Below the pieces are notes generated by a model. It had not been told where the DNA came from and made no database searches. It was given only the letters and a program-made list of their open reading frames with translations. From assembly GCA_036261885.1 (NCBI GenBank), contig DATAJY010000009.1, positions 52,814 to 116,813 of the forward strand: 64,000 nucleotides of DNA. The letters run 5' to 3'. Every line of letters starts with the position of its first letter. Position 1 is the first letter of the stretch. Below are positions 8,707 to 17,560 of this stretch, one piece after another. The stretch comes from Thermoanaerobaculia bacterium (GTDB lineage Bacteria > Acidobacteriota > Thermoanaerobaculia > Gp7-AA8). The position numbers were made by a program, and so were the translations under genes.

Positions 8707-9825
8707 ATGAAGAAGTTTCTGAAGATCGCCGTCCTCGTCGCCGTCGTACTGGCGGTCGCGACCTGGTGCGTCTTTCAGCTCCCGCAATTCGGCGGGACAT
8801 TCGAAGGCGAGCGGCTGGCGCGCATGCAGCGCTCGCCGGAATTCATCAACGGACGATTTCAGAACGTGCCGCCGCAGCAGACCGACAACTCGCTGCGCAA
8901 GATGTACCGGCTCTACACGCAGGGACAGATACGCGAGCCGCAATTCGCCGTACCGGTGCTCGACGTTTCGCTCGAGCGTCCGCCCTCGCGCGAGCTGCAG
9001 GCCGTCTGGCTCGGCCATGCGAGCGTGCTCGTGGAGCTCGACGGCGTGCGCATCCTCACCGATCCGGTGCTCTCCGACTACGCGTCCCCCGTTCCGCCGC
9101 TCGGACCGAAACGTCTGCACCGCCCGCCGATCGCCATTCCGGATCTCAAAAGCGTCGACGCGGTGGTGATCTCGCACGATCACTACGACCACCTCGACCT
9201 GGAGACCACGCGGCAGCTGGCGCGGAACGGCACGCACTTCTTCGTGCCGCTCGGCGTCGGCGCGCATCTCGAACGGTGGCACGTTCCATCCGCGCAGATC
9301 CACGAAATGGATTGGTGGGAATCGACGCCCTTCCAGGGCATCACCATTCATTGCACGCCGACGCGGCATTACAGCGGACGCAAACGGATGGACAACTCGA
9401 CGCTCTGGTCGTCGTGGTTCATCAAGGGCACGCGCTCGGTCTATTTCAGCGGCGACACCGGCTATGCACCGCACTTTCGGGAGATCCGCCGCCGGCTGGG
9501 GGCGGTCGATCTGACGCTTCTGAAAGTCGGCGCATACGGCGAGACATGGCTCGACATTCACATGGATCCGGAATCGGCCGTGCGTGCTCACCGCGATCTC
9601 GGCGGCCACACGATGCTGCCGGTGCATTGGGCGACGTTCAATCTTTCGTACCACGCGTGGGAAGAGCCGATCGTCCGCACGCTCGCCGCCGCGCAGCGCG
9701 AGCACATCGACGTCATCACTCCCCGTCCCGGTGAGCCGTACGCATTCGGACGACCATTCCGAAATACCGATTGGTTTCGGCGCCTCCCCTCCCGTGCATC
9801 CGGGCGGGATCGCCTGCCTCATTGA
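8707..9825 (+). CDS. MBL-fold metal-dependent hydrolase (NAPE-PLD/Zn-dependent hydrolase-like), secreted or membrane-anchored
   Basis: N-terminal signal/TM MKKFLKIAVLVAVVLAVA; metallo-beta-lactamase motif ISHDHYDHLD. Confidence 0.75.
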   Translation: MKKFLKIAVLVAVVLAVATWCVFQLPQFGGTFEGERLARMQRSPEFINGRFQNVPPQQTDNSLRKMYRLYTQGQIREPQFAVPVLDVSLERPPSRELQAVWLGHASVLVELDGVRILTDPVLSDYASPVPPLGPKRLHRPPIAIPDLKSVDAVVISHDHYDHLDLETTRQLARNGTHFFVPLGVGAHLERWHVPSAQIHEMDWWESTPFQGITIHCTPTRHYSGRKRMDNSTLWSSWFIKGTRSVYFSGDTGYAPHFREIRRRLGAVDLTLLKVGAYGETWLDIHMDPESAVRAHRDLGGHTMLPVHWATFNLSYHAWEEPIVRTLAAAQREHIDVITPRPGEPYAFGRPFRNTDWFRRLPSRASGRDRLPH

Positions 9826-9857
9826 GTGGGCCTGCCCCGGCCGGCCTCGACACCGGT

Positions 9858-9873
9858 GACAGTCGTCACTGTC
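9858..9873. promoter_or_regulatory. perfect palindrome GACAGT-N4-ACTGTC upstream of the decahaem cytochrome gene
   Basis: gacagtcgtcactgtc, about 85 nt upstream of the ATG at 9958. Confidence 0.25.
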
Positions 9874-9957
9874 GGCAATGCTCTCCGATCACCACTGTGG
9901 AACCGGTACTCCTTAAACAATCCGTAGCGGATCGATACGCCACCAAGGAGGTTCACG

Positions 9958-12111
9958 ATGACGGCGTTTCTCAGAGCACTTCTCGTACTGGCCACGGCCG
10001 GGACGATTGCATTTCCCACGCAGCCGCCGCCGAAGCTCACCGCTCCGGAGACGGCCACCAACGGCGGACGCAAACGCGCCGTCGGCACTCCTTCGACTCC
10101 GGTTCCCTCGCGCCCTGAATTCGTCGCGACGGATCTCGAGTACTACCTGACCGACGACGGCATTGCCTACATCCGTCCGGGACTGAAGGTCACGATCAAA
10201 TCGGTGACCGTCCCGACCGATCGCAAGCCGGTCGTCGAATTCACGCTGACCGACAACTTCGATCAGCCGCTCGATCGCCTCGGCAAAACGACGCCGGGCG
10301 TGGTTTCGACGTCGTGGCTGCTGGCCTGGTACAACCCGGAGACGCGCCTCTACACGTCGTACATCACGCGCACCGTGAACGCCGCCGCCGGCAGCCCGAA
10401 GGCCGGCACGTCCGCCGTGCAGGCCACCGGTGAGAACGTCGCCGCGAACTACACCGACAAAGGCAACGGCCTCTACTCGTACAAGTTCAACGCGGCGCTT
10501 CCGGCGAACTTCGACGTGACGAAAACGCACACGCTCGGCGTTTACTCCAGCCGCAATCTCACCGAGCAGATCGGCAAGAACTACTACGCCGACGAAGAGT
10601 TCGACTTCCGTCCCGACGGCCAGACCGTCGTCGAAAAGTGGGACAAGATCCGCGACGTCGGCTCCTGCCAGAACTGCCACGACGCGCAGACGTTCGGTCT
10701 GCACGGCGGCTCGCGCCGCGACGTGAAGCTCTGCGTGATGTGCCACACGCCGCAGACCACCGACCCCGACACCGGCAACAGCGTCGACATGGCGTTGATG
10801 ATCCACAAGATCCACGGCGCCGCGCTGCTCAGCACCCCGTACGTGATCTGGGGCAACGGCAACAGCATTCACGACTACTCCGAAGTCACCTATCCGCAGG
10901 ACACGCGCAACTGCAAGAACTGCCACGAAGGCACGGTGGCCACGGCCATTCCGACGCAGAAGGAAGTCTGGTACACGCAGCCGAGCCGCCGCGCGTGCGG
11001 CGCCTGCCACGACAGCATCAACTGGGTCACAGGCGAAGGCCACCCGGCCGGACCGCAGACCAGCGACGCCACCTGCGCCACCTGCCACGTGCCCGACAGC
11101 GGCAGCGAGTTCGACGCCTCGGTCAAGGGCGGCCACATGATCCCGACGAAGTCTTCGCAGCTTCAGGGCATCAAGGCCACGATCGTCAGCGTGTCGAACG
11201 TGAAGGCCGGTGAGAAGCCGACCATCGTCTACAAGTTCACCAACAACAAGGGCGAGGTGCTCGACGGCACGAAGTTCTCGACCTTCGCACCGATCCACGC
11301 CGGCCCGACGTCGAGCTACACGACGTACTTCCGCGAGTCCGTCACCGCGACGAGCACGAACAAAGCGGCGTTCGACGCCGCCACCGGCAACACCACCTAC
11401 ACGTTCACCAATCCGATCCCGGCCGGATCCACCGGCACCTGGTCGTTCAGCGGTGACTTCTACATCACCTCGACGCTCAAGCGCGGCGACGGCAAGGCCG
11501 ACATTACCGGCGTGCGCGATGCCGCCATCAACCCGCAGAAGTACGTCGGCCTCAACGGAGCCACGACGGTTCCGCGCCGCACGTCGGTCTCGATCGCGTT
11601 GTGCAACGAGTGCCATGACAGCCTCGGCCTGCACGGCGGACAGCGCCGCACGATCGAAGAGTGCGTGATGTGCCACAACCCGGTGAAGGGCGACAAAGCC
11701 GTTCGTCCCGCCACCGAGGGTGAAGAGGAATCGGTCTCCTTCCAGCGTCTCATCCATCGCATTCACAGCGGTCACGAGCTGACGCAGGACTTCACGGTCT
11801 TCGGCAACGGCAGCAGCCGCCACAACTACAACGAGGTCACCTATCCGGGCGATCGCCGCAACTGCGCCTCCTGCCACGTCAGCGATGGACAGCAGCTTCC
11901 GGCCGCCGGTGATCCGGTGATCGCGAAACGCGACTTCTTCTCGCCGCAGGGCTCGGGCACGGCCGCGTGCCTCGGCTGCCATGACAATCGCGATGCGGCA
12001 GCGCACGCGTTCCTGAACACCACCACGTTCGGCGGACAGCCGGCCGAGGCGTGTGCGACGTGCCATGGCAAAACCAAAGAGTGGTCCGTCGACAAATCGC
12101 ATGCCCGGTAA
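9958..12111 (+). CDS. mtrC: MtrC/OmcA-like decahaem c-type cytochrome (beta-domain / pentahaem / beta-domain / pentahaem architecture)
   Basis: 717 aa; signal peptide; exactly 10 CxxCH motifs in two groups of five (aa ~235-385 and ~540-717) separated by a haem-free beta-rich segment, with ~230 aa haem-free beta-rich N-terminus; RBS aaggagg. Confidence 0.8.
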   Translation: MTAFLRALLVLATAGTIAFPTQPPPKLTAPETATNGGRKRAVGTPSTPVPSRPEFVATDLEYYLTDDGIAYIRPGLKVTIKSVTVPTDRKPVVEFTLTDNFDQPLDRLGKTTPGVVSTSWLLAWYNPETRLYTSYITRTVNAAAGSPKAGTSAVQATGENVAANYTDKGNGLYSYKFNAALPANFDVTKTHTLGVYSSRNLTEQIGKNYYADEEFDFRPDGQTVVEKWDKIRDVGSCQNCHDAQTFGLHGGSRRDVKLCVMCHTPQTTDPDTGNSVDMALMIHKIHGAALLSTPYVIWGNGNSIHDYSEVTYPQDTRNCKNCHEGTVATAIPTQKEVWYTQPSRRACGACHDSINWVTGEGHPAGPQTSDATCATCHVPDSGSEFDASVKGGHMIPTKSSQLQGIKATIVSVSNVKAGEKPTIVYKFTNNKGEVLDGTKFSTFAPIHAGPTSSYTTYFRESVTATSTNKAAFDAATGNTTYTFTNPIPAGSTGTWSFSGDFYITSTLKRGDGKADITGVRDAAINPQKYVGLNGATTVPRRTSVSIALCNECHDSLGLHGGQRRTIEECVMCHNPVKGDKAVRPATEGEEESVSFQRLIHRIHSGHELTQDFTVFGNGSSRHNYNEVTYPGDRRNCASCHVSDGQQLPAAGDPVIAKRDFFSPQGSGTAACLGCHDNRDAAAHAFLNTTTFGGQPAEACATCHGKTKEWSVDKSHAR

Positions 12112-12120
12112 ATCGGGACT

Positions 12121-12150
12121 GGTGGAGGAGAGCGCATCGCTCTCCTCCAC
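12121..12150 (+). promoter_or_regulatory. intercistronic stem-loop between mtrC-like and mtrA-like genes
   Basis: gtggaggagagcg-catc-gctctcctccac; 13-bp perfect stem, no T-tract; candidate attenuator or processing site. Confidence 0.35.
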
Positions 12151-12181
12151 GCCTGAGATGCACTCGTAGAAAGGGACGACG

Positions 12182-13093
12182 ATGTCGATCAGACAAACAG
12201 CCATCGGAGGAATCGTCCTCCTCCTCTTCATCGGTCTCTCGCCGGGATCGTTGTTCGCACAGGAGCAACAGCAGCCCGCGGCCGAGAGCTCCGGGATGAC
12301 GTGCGGCGATTGTCACGAGCAGGCGAAGGATTTCGTCGCCAATCCGCACGCGCGCGGCCACGTCGAAAGCGGCACCGTGCCGCGGACGGTATGCGAGTCG
12401 TGCCACGGCGACGGCACCGCACACATGGAGGCGGGCGGCGACACGTCGCTCATCAAAGTGCCGCGCGGTTTCGACGGCGCCGAGAACACCTGCGCCTCGT
12501 GCCACGGAAAAACCACCGAGCGCCGGTCGCATCGTATGGGAGCCCATGCGAATCAGCCGGCCGTGAACTGCCTCTCCTGCCACGCCATTCACAAACCCGC
12601 GCAGACTCTGCACCTCGTCGCCAGACCGGAGCCCGCACTTTGCGCGAGCTGCCACGGCACGCAGGCCTCGTCGTTCCGCAACAAGCCGTACACGCACCGG
12701 CTGGGCGGATCGTCGATGGGCTGCACGTCGTGTCACGACCCGCATGCGCGGCCCGGCCGCGAGAACGTGCGCACCACCGCTTCCGGCGAAACGGTCTGCC
12801 TCAACTGCCACGGTGAAAAACGCGGTCCGTACGTCTTCCAGCATGGCGGCCTGGCCGCGGCCGAGAACGACTGCGCGACCTGTCACGATCCGCACGGCTC
12901 GGCCAATCCCAATCAACTGCGTCGCGCCACCGTCGCGCAGGTCTGCCTGGAATGCCACTCGCCGCTGACGTCCGAGACTCTCGGCTCGCAGCCGCCGTCC
13001 TTCCACAACCTCCGCCTCCCGCGCTACCAGAACTGCACCACCTGTCACGTTGCGGTCCACGGCTCCAACCGTTCGCCGCAGCTCCTGAAGTGA
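12182..13093 (+). CDS. mtrA: MtrA/DmsE/PioA-like periplasmic decahaem c-type cytochrome
   Basis: 303 aa; signal peptide; 10 CxxCH motifs evenly spaced (CGDCH, CESCH, CASCH, CLSCH, CASCH, CTSCH, CLNCH, CATCH, CLECH, CTTCH); size and haem count match the MtrA family. Confidence 0.85.
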   Translation: MSIRQTAIGGIVLLLFIGLSPGSLFAQEQQQPAAESSGMTCGDCHEQAKDFVANPHARGHVESGTVPRTVCESCHGDGTAHMEAGGDTSLIKVPRGFDGAENTCASCHGKTTERRSHRMGAHANQPAVNCLSCHAIHKPAQTLHLVARPEPALCASCHGTQASSFRNKPYTHRLGGSSMGCTSCHDPHARPGRENVRTTASGETVCLNCHGEKRGPYVFQHGGLAAAENDCATCHDPHGSANPNQLRRATVAQVCLECHSPLTSETLGSQPPSFHNLRLPRYQNCTTCHVAVHGSNRSPQLLK

Positions 13094-13101
13094 GGACGAC
13101 C

Positions 13102-15027
13102 ATGCGAATGAAAAACAATTTCACGTGGCTCGCACTCGCCATCACCGTTCTCCTCTCCACCACCGCCTTCGCGCAGGTCACTACCGAGATCGAGGCCGGC
13201 TATCGCTTCACTTCGGTGAGCGGCAACGAAGATCTCTATCGCACGCAGATCGATGAGCGCGAAGGCTTCGTCATCCGCTCGTTCTCCGTCTTCACTCCGC
13301 AGTCGACCGGCCTCACCGATTTCCTGCGCGTCGATGCGACCGACATCGGTGCCGGTCCGTCGAGCTCCGTCCGCGTCGACACCGGCCGCGAGGGCGCCTA
13401 TCGCCTTCGCGTCGGCTGGCGCAGCATGGATGCCTTCAGCGCGTTGCCCGCGTATGCGAATCCGCTGCTCGGGCAGGGCATCATCCCCGGCCAGCACACG
13501 TGGGATCGCGACCGCACGATGTTCGACGTCGACCTCGAGCTCCTTCCGAGCGCGAAGATCACGCCGTTCATCGGCTACTCGCAGTTCCGCAACGAAGGAC
13601 CCGGCACCACGACGTACACCCTCGGCGGCGACGATTACCTGCTCCGGCAGAACCTCGACGAGAAAGAGACCGAGCTGCGCATCGGCACCGGCTTCAACCT
13701 CGGCCCGGTCTACGGCTCCGTCACGCAGGGGTGGCGCAATCTCGAGAGCGATGAAGTCCTGTCGCTCGCGCGTGCCGGCAACAACGGCAGCACACCGGTC
13801 CTCGGCACCAATCCCGACGCATCGCAGATCATCCGCAGCAGCAGTCTCGATGCGGACACACCGTTCACCTCCATCTTCATCAACGGCGACGTGCTCAAAA
13901 ACACGAAGCTCATCGGCAGCTTCCAGCGCTTCTCTTCCGAGGCGGACGGCAGTGACGATGAGGTTGCGAACGGCAACTTCGTTTCGTTCGCTCTGGGACG
14001 TTTCTTCACCGGCTTCAACGAGTCCGTCGACTCGCGGGCCAAAAACCAGACGTGGCGCGGCAGCGCGCGCGTCGAGTCGACGCTCCTGTCGAAGCTCGAC
14101 GTGATGGCCGGGTATCGCACCGAGCATCGTGAGCTCACCGGCAGCGCCTTGATCAACACGCTCTTCCTCGACAGCATCACGTTCGGCGGCGTCGACAAGC
14201 GCAACCTCGAAGAGATTCTCGAAGCCGACAGCTCGATCGACCGCGACGTCGACGTCCTCGAAGCGGCGCTCTCGATGCGCAACCTCGGCCCGTTCGCGTT
14301 CCGCGTCAGCGCCAGCGTCGCCGACTACGACATCACCGTCGATCCCGACCTCGAAGAGATCGTCGTCCCGGGCAACCAGTCCGGCGATTTCTCGCGGCGG
14401 GTGAACACGATCGATGCGAATGCCAGCTACTCGAAGTCGCTGTTCACGATCGGTGCGTCCGCGCGTCTCGATGATGCGAATCGCGCCGTGCTGCGCACCG
14501 ACTACACGACGCGCGATCGCTACCGCGTGCGCGCCTCGTTCCACACGCCGAACAACATGGTTCGGCTCGGCTTCACCGGCGAGGAAACGAACGTCGAAAA
14601 CGATCTCGACGGCGGCGGCTTCAATGCCGACGGCCGCTCCTGGACGATCGACGCCGAAGCCGCGCCGGTAGACGTGCTTCGCGTGCGCGCGTCGTACTCG
14701 ATTCTCGATTCCGAGAGTCGCGCGCGGATTCGCCGCCCCGAAACGTTCGTCGTCGAAACGTGGACGAACGACGAAGACGGCGAAGTGCTCGAAGGCGGCA
14801 TCGCCCTGCTGCTCGCACCGGTGTCGCTCGATCTCAATCTCTCGCGTTACGAAAACGAAGGAACGCTCCCGTTCAGCGTCGACCGCTGGCGGATGCGGAC
14901 CGTCTACGACTTCAAAACGCACTACGGCGTCTCGGCCGAATGGGCCCGGGACCGCTACGAAGAAGAACCCGCGTACGGACAATTCGACGCCGACCGCTAC
15001 GGAATCTTCTTCCGCTACCGCAGGTAG
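13102..15027 (+). CDS. mtrB: MtrB/PioB-like outer-membrane beta-barrel porin (sheath for the decahaem cytochrome)
   Basis: 641 aa; signal MRMKNNFTWLALAITVLLSTTAFAQ; long amphipathic beta-strand-rich sequence ending in an aromatic C-terminus (GIFFRYRR); starts 9 nt after the mtrA-like stop. Confidence 0.7.
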   Translation: MRMKNNFTWLALAITVLLSTTAFAQVTTEIEAGYRFTSVSGNEDLYRTQIDEREGFVIRSFSVFTPQSTGLTDFLRVDATDIGAGPSSSVRVDTGREGAYRLRVGWRSMDAFSALPAYANPLLGQGIIPGQHTWDRDRTMFDVDLELLPSAKITPFIGYSQFRNEGPGTTTYTLGGDDYLLRQNLDEKETELRIGTGFNLGPVYGSVTQGWRNLESDEVLSLARAGNNGSTPVLGTNPDASQIIRSSSLDADTPFTSIFINGDVLKNTKLIGSFQRFSSEADGSDDEVANGNFVSFALGRFFTGFNESVDSRAKNQTWRGSARVESTLLSKLDVMAGYRTEHRELTGSALINTLFLDSITFGGVDKRNLEEILEADSSIDRDVDVLEAALSMRNLGPFAFRVSASVADYDITVDPDLEEIVVPGNQSGDFSRRVNTIDANASYSKSLFTIGASARLDDANRAVLRTDYTTRDRYRVRASFHTPNNMVRLGFTGEETNVENDLDGGGFNADGRSWTIDAEAAPVDVLRVRASYSILDSESRARIRRPETFVVETWTNDEDGEVLEGGIALLLAPVSLDLNLSRYENEGTLPFSVDRWRMRTVYDFKTHYGVSAEWARDRYEEEPAYGQFDADRYGIFFRYRR

Positions 15028-15043
15028 TCCTCCTTCCCCTTTT

Positions 15044-15085
15044 GAAAAAGACGCCGCCCGGGAAACCGGGCGGCGTCTTTTTTTG
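15044..15085 (+). terminator. rho-independent terminator closing the norB-MBL-mtrCAB block
   Basis: aaaagacgccgcccgg-gaaa-ccgggcggcgtctttttttg: 16-bp GC stem followed by a T7 run. Confidence 0.9.
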
Positions 15086-15200
15086 CACGGCTTCGATTTG
15101 CGGACCGAGCGGCCACTTTTGCCGGATGGGACGGGAATCCCACCCGAAAGAATGACGCGAAAGCGCACCTGCCGACCTCCGCAGCGCTATCATTCCATCC

Positions 15201-16343
15201 ATGCCACCCAAACCAGACGAGCTCCCTCTCACTACTGAAGGTCCGGTCGAGCCAGGCGAAGGCAAGCTCGAAGACGTACTGGCCATCTGTCTTTCCGGCG
15301 GCGGGTATCGGGCCATGCTCTTTCACCTCGGCACGCTCTGGTACCTCGCCGATGCCGGCTATCTGCCGAAGCTCGATCGCGTGTCCAGCGTGTCGGGCGG
15401 CTCCATCACCGCGGGTGTGCTCGCGTTGAAATGGAAGGAGCTGCAGTTCGATGCGAACGGCATCGCCACGAATTTCAGAGACGTCGTGGTCGCGCCGGTG
15501 CGCAAGCTGGCCGACAACACCATCGACGCCGGCAACATCATCAAGGCGACGCTCACGCCCGGCACCTCGATCAACGATCGCATCATCGCCTCGTACAAGA
15601 AGCTCGTCTTCGGCGAGGCCACGCTGCAGGACATCGTCGACAAGCCGCGCTTCGTCATCAACGCCACGAATGTGCAGACCGGCTCGCTCTTCCGCTTCTC
15701 GAAGCCCTACATCGCCGACTATCGCATCGGCATGATGGACAAGCCGAAGACCTCGCTCGCGGCCGCGGTGGCGGCATCATCGGCGTTTCCGCCGGTGCTC
15801 TCCCCCGCGCGCATCGACTTCAAACAGAGCGACTGGACGAAGCTCGAAAACGGCGAGTGCTCGCAGCCGCCGTTCACGACGAAGGTGCTGCTCACCGACG
15901 GCGGCGTCTACGACAACATGGGCATCGAGACGGCGTGGAAACGCTGCAAGCGCGTGCTCGTCAGCGATGCCGGCGGCAAGTATCAACCGGAGAAGAATCC
16001 ACATTCCGACTGGGCGCGCCACGCGCTGCGCATCAACTCGACGATCGACAATCAGGTGCGCAGCCTGCGCAAACGCCAGGTCGTCTCCGCATTCAACGAT
16101 CCGACCGACGGACACATCGGCGCGTACTGGGGCATGTGGACGAAGCCGTCGGATTACGCGACGTTCTCCCTGAAGCTCGACGATGCCGCCTGCCTCGAGC
16201 TCGCCAAGACGCCGACGCGTCTGGCGAAGCTGCCGTCCGAGAAACAGGAAGCGATCATCAACTTCGGGTACGGGATGGCCGAGCGCGCGGTGCGCACGCA
16301 TTACGACAAGGCCGCATTCGCGCCGAAGAAGTTTCCGTACTAG
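15201..16343 (+). CDS. patatin-like phospholipase
   Basis: oxyanion motif GGGYRA, nucleophile elbow VSGGS (GxSxG), catalytic Asp in TDGGVYDN. Confidence 0.85.
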   Translation: MPPKPDELPLTTEGPVEPGEGKLEDVLAICLSGGGYRAMLFHLGTLWYLADAGYLPKLDRVSSVSGGSITAGVLALKWKELQFDANGIATNFRDVVVAPVRKLADNTIDAGNIIKATLTPGTSINDRIIASYKKLVFGEATLQDIVDKPRFVINATNVQTGSLFRFSKPYIADYRIGMMDKPKTSLAAAVAASSAFPPVLSPARIDFKQSDWTKLENGECSQPPFTTKVLLTDGGVYDNMGIETAWKRCKRVLVSDAGGKYQPEKNPHSDWARHALRINSTIDNQVRSLRKRQVVSAFNDPTDGHIGAYWGMWTKPSDYATFSLKLDDAACLELAKTPTRLAKLPSEKQEAIINFGYGMAERAVRTHYDKAAFAPKKFPY

Positions 16344-16442
16344 CGATCACTGCGCCGCGGGCACGTGCAGTTTGTGCTCGCGGTAGAACGGTCACGCGTT
16401 CGCGCCGCCGAGGCGGCGGAAGATCGGGGCGTACGACTCCGA

Positions 16443-17489
16443 ATGGTACCGGGACCGCGATTTGCCTTCCCCGCGGCACGGGAGGCCTTCTTGCTTCGAG
16501 TCTTATTGATCGCCGGATCGCAGCGCCGCCAGTACAACTGCCCTGGTGTGGACGGCAAGGCGCGTACATTTCTGAATCGCATGACCGCGCGGCTGCAGGG
16601 CGCGTTCGACATCGACACCGTCGACCTCGCCAACGTCTACGGCGCCGAACGCATCCAGCCGTGCAACGCCTGCGTCTCGACGTCGATGGCGCTCTGCGTC
16701 TGGCCGTGCAACTGTTTCGAGAAGAACGACAAGGACGAGCCCGATCTGATGTGGAACCTCGACCTCTACGCCCGGCTCGATCAAGCCGATGCCTGGGCCA
16801 TCATCGGGCCGGTCAACTGGTACGCACCGTCATCGAATCTGAAATTGATGTTCGATCGCCTCGTCTGCGCGAACGGCGGCAATCCGCGCGAAGAGTTGAT
16901 CGAGCACAAGAACCCCGAGCTGGCGATGGCGCTCGAGCACACCGACGCATGGCAGCAGCTCAGCGTCAATCATCTCGAAGGACGCACGGCCGCGTTTTAC
17001 TGCTACGGTGACGGCGGCGGCGACGAGCTCGATGGCGACGGCCGCCCGAAGAAACTGCGCCACAAGCCGTGGTTCGATCCGAAGGACGAGCCGTTCGCGC
17101 GCGGCCGCGATGCCTACGCGCCGCTGGTCTGGCAGTGCCGCTACAGCGGCATCGAAGTGCCGGATGCGCTGTGGCATTACACGGAGTTCGGCAATCACAA
17201 GCCGTACAGCGACAACCAGGCCGAGGACATCGACGACGCGACCTACTTCGAGTTCGACGCGTGGGCCGACGCGTTCGCGCGGCACGTGCACGACAAAGGA
17301 AAGGTGCCGCCGGGACGCTGGCGCGCGTACGGCTACGAGCCGCCGAAGCACCGGCTCGCCGATCTGAAGCTCGCCTGGCGCGATCGAAAGATGCGTCTCG
17401 GACATCCGCCCGAAGGCTCGTCCGTCGAGGCGCAGCAGAACGAAAAGCTCAATGACGATGTGACGCTGCGGCCCAGGCCGGGCGGATAG
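16443..17489 (+). CDS. flavodoxin-like fold NAD(P)H-dependent FMN reductase family protein with a Cys cluster; start uncertain (ATG 16443 or TTG ~16494)
   Basis: LRVLLIAGSQRR flavodoxin-like N-terminus; Cys motif CNACVSTSMALCVWPCNC. Confidence 0.45.
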   Translation: MVPGPRFAFPAAREAFLLRVLLIAGSQRRQYNCPGVDGKARTFLNRMTARLQGAFDIDTVDLANVYGAERIQPCNACVSTSMALCVWPCNCFEKNDKDEPDLMWNLDLYARLDQADAWAIIGPVNWYAPSSNLKLMFDRLVCANGGNPREELIEHKNPELAMALEHTDAWQQLSVNHLEGRTAAFYCYGDGGGDELDGDGRPKKLRHKPWFDPKDEPFARGRDAYAPLVWQCRYSGIEVPDALWHYTEFGNHKPYSDNQAEDIDDATYFEFDAWADAFARHVHDKGKVPPGRWRAYGYEPPKHRLADLKLAWRDRKMRLGHPPEGSSVEAQQNEKLNDDVTLRPRPGG

Positions 17490-17560
17490 CGCGTTCAGAA
17501 ACGCGGATGACACGAAGGTGCAACAGTGCGTGGCATCACTTCCTCCTAAAATGCGCGGCC

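Noticed and set aside
6795-8708. 637-aa minus-strand ORF antisense to norB (and the 7769..8710 + alternate frame)
   Set aside because: Low-complexity Arg/Asp/Glu-rich product. norB in the sense frame has the full haem-copper-oxidase-like TM core.
9913-12231. 772-aa minus-strand ORF antisense to the MtrC-like gene
   Set aside because: Arg/Ala/Gly-rich low-complexity translation typical of antisense frames in high-GC DNA. The sense strand encodes a coherent decahaem cytochrome with 10 CxxCH motifs.
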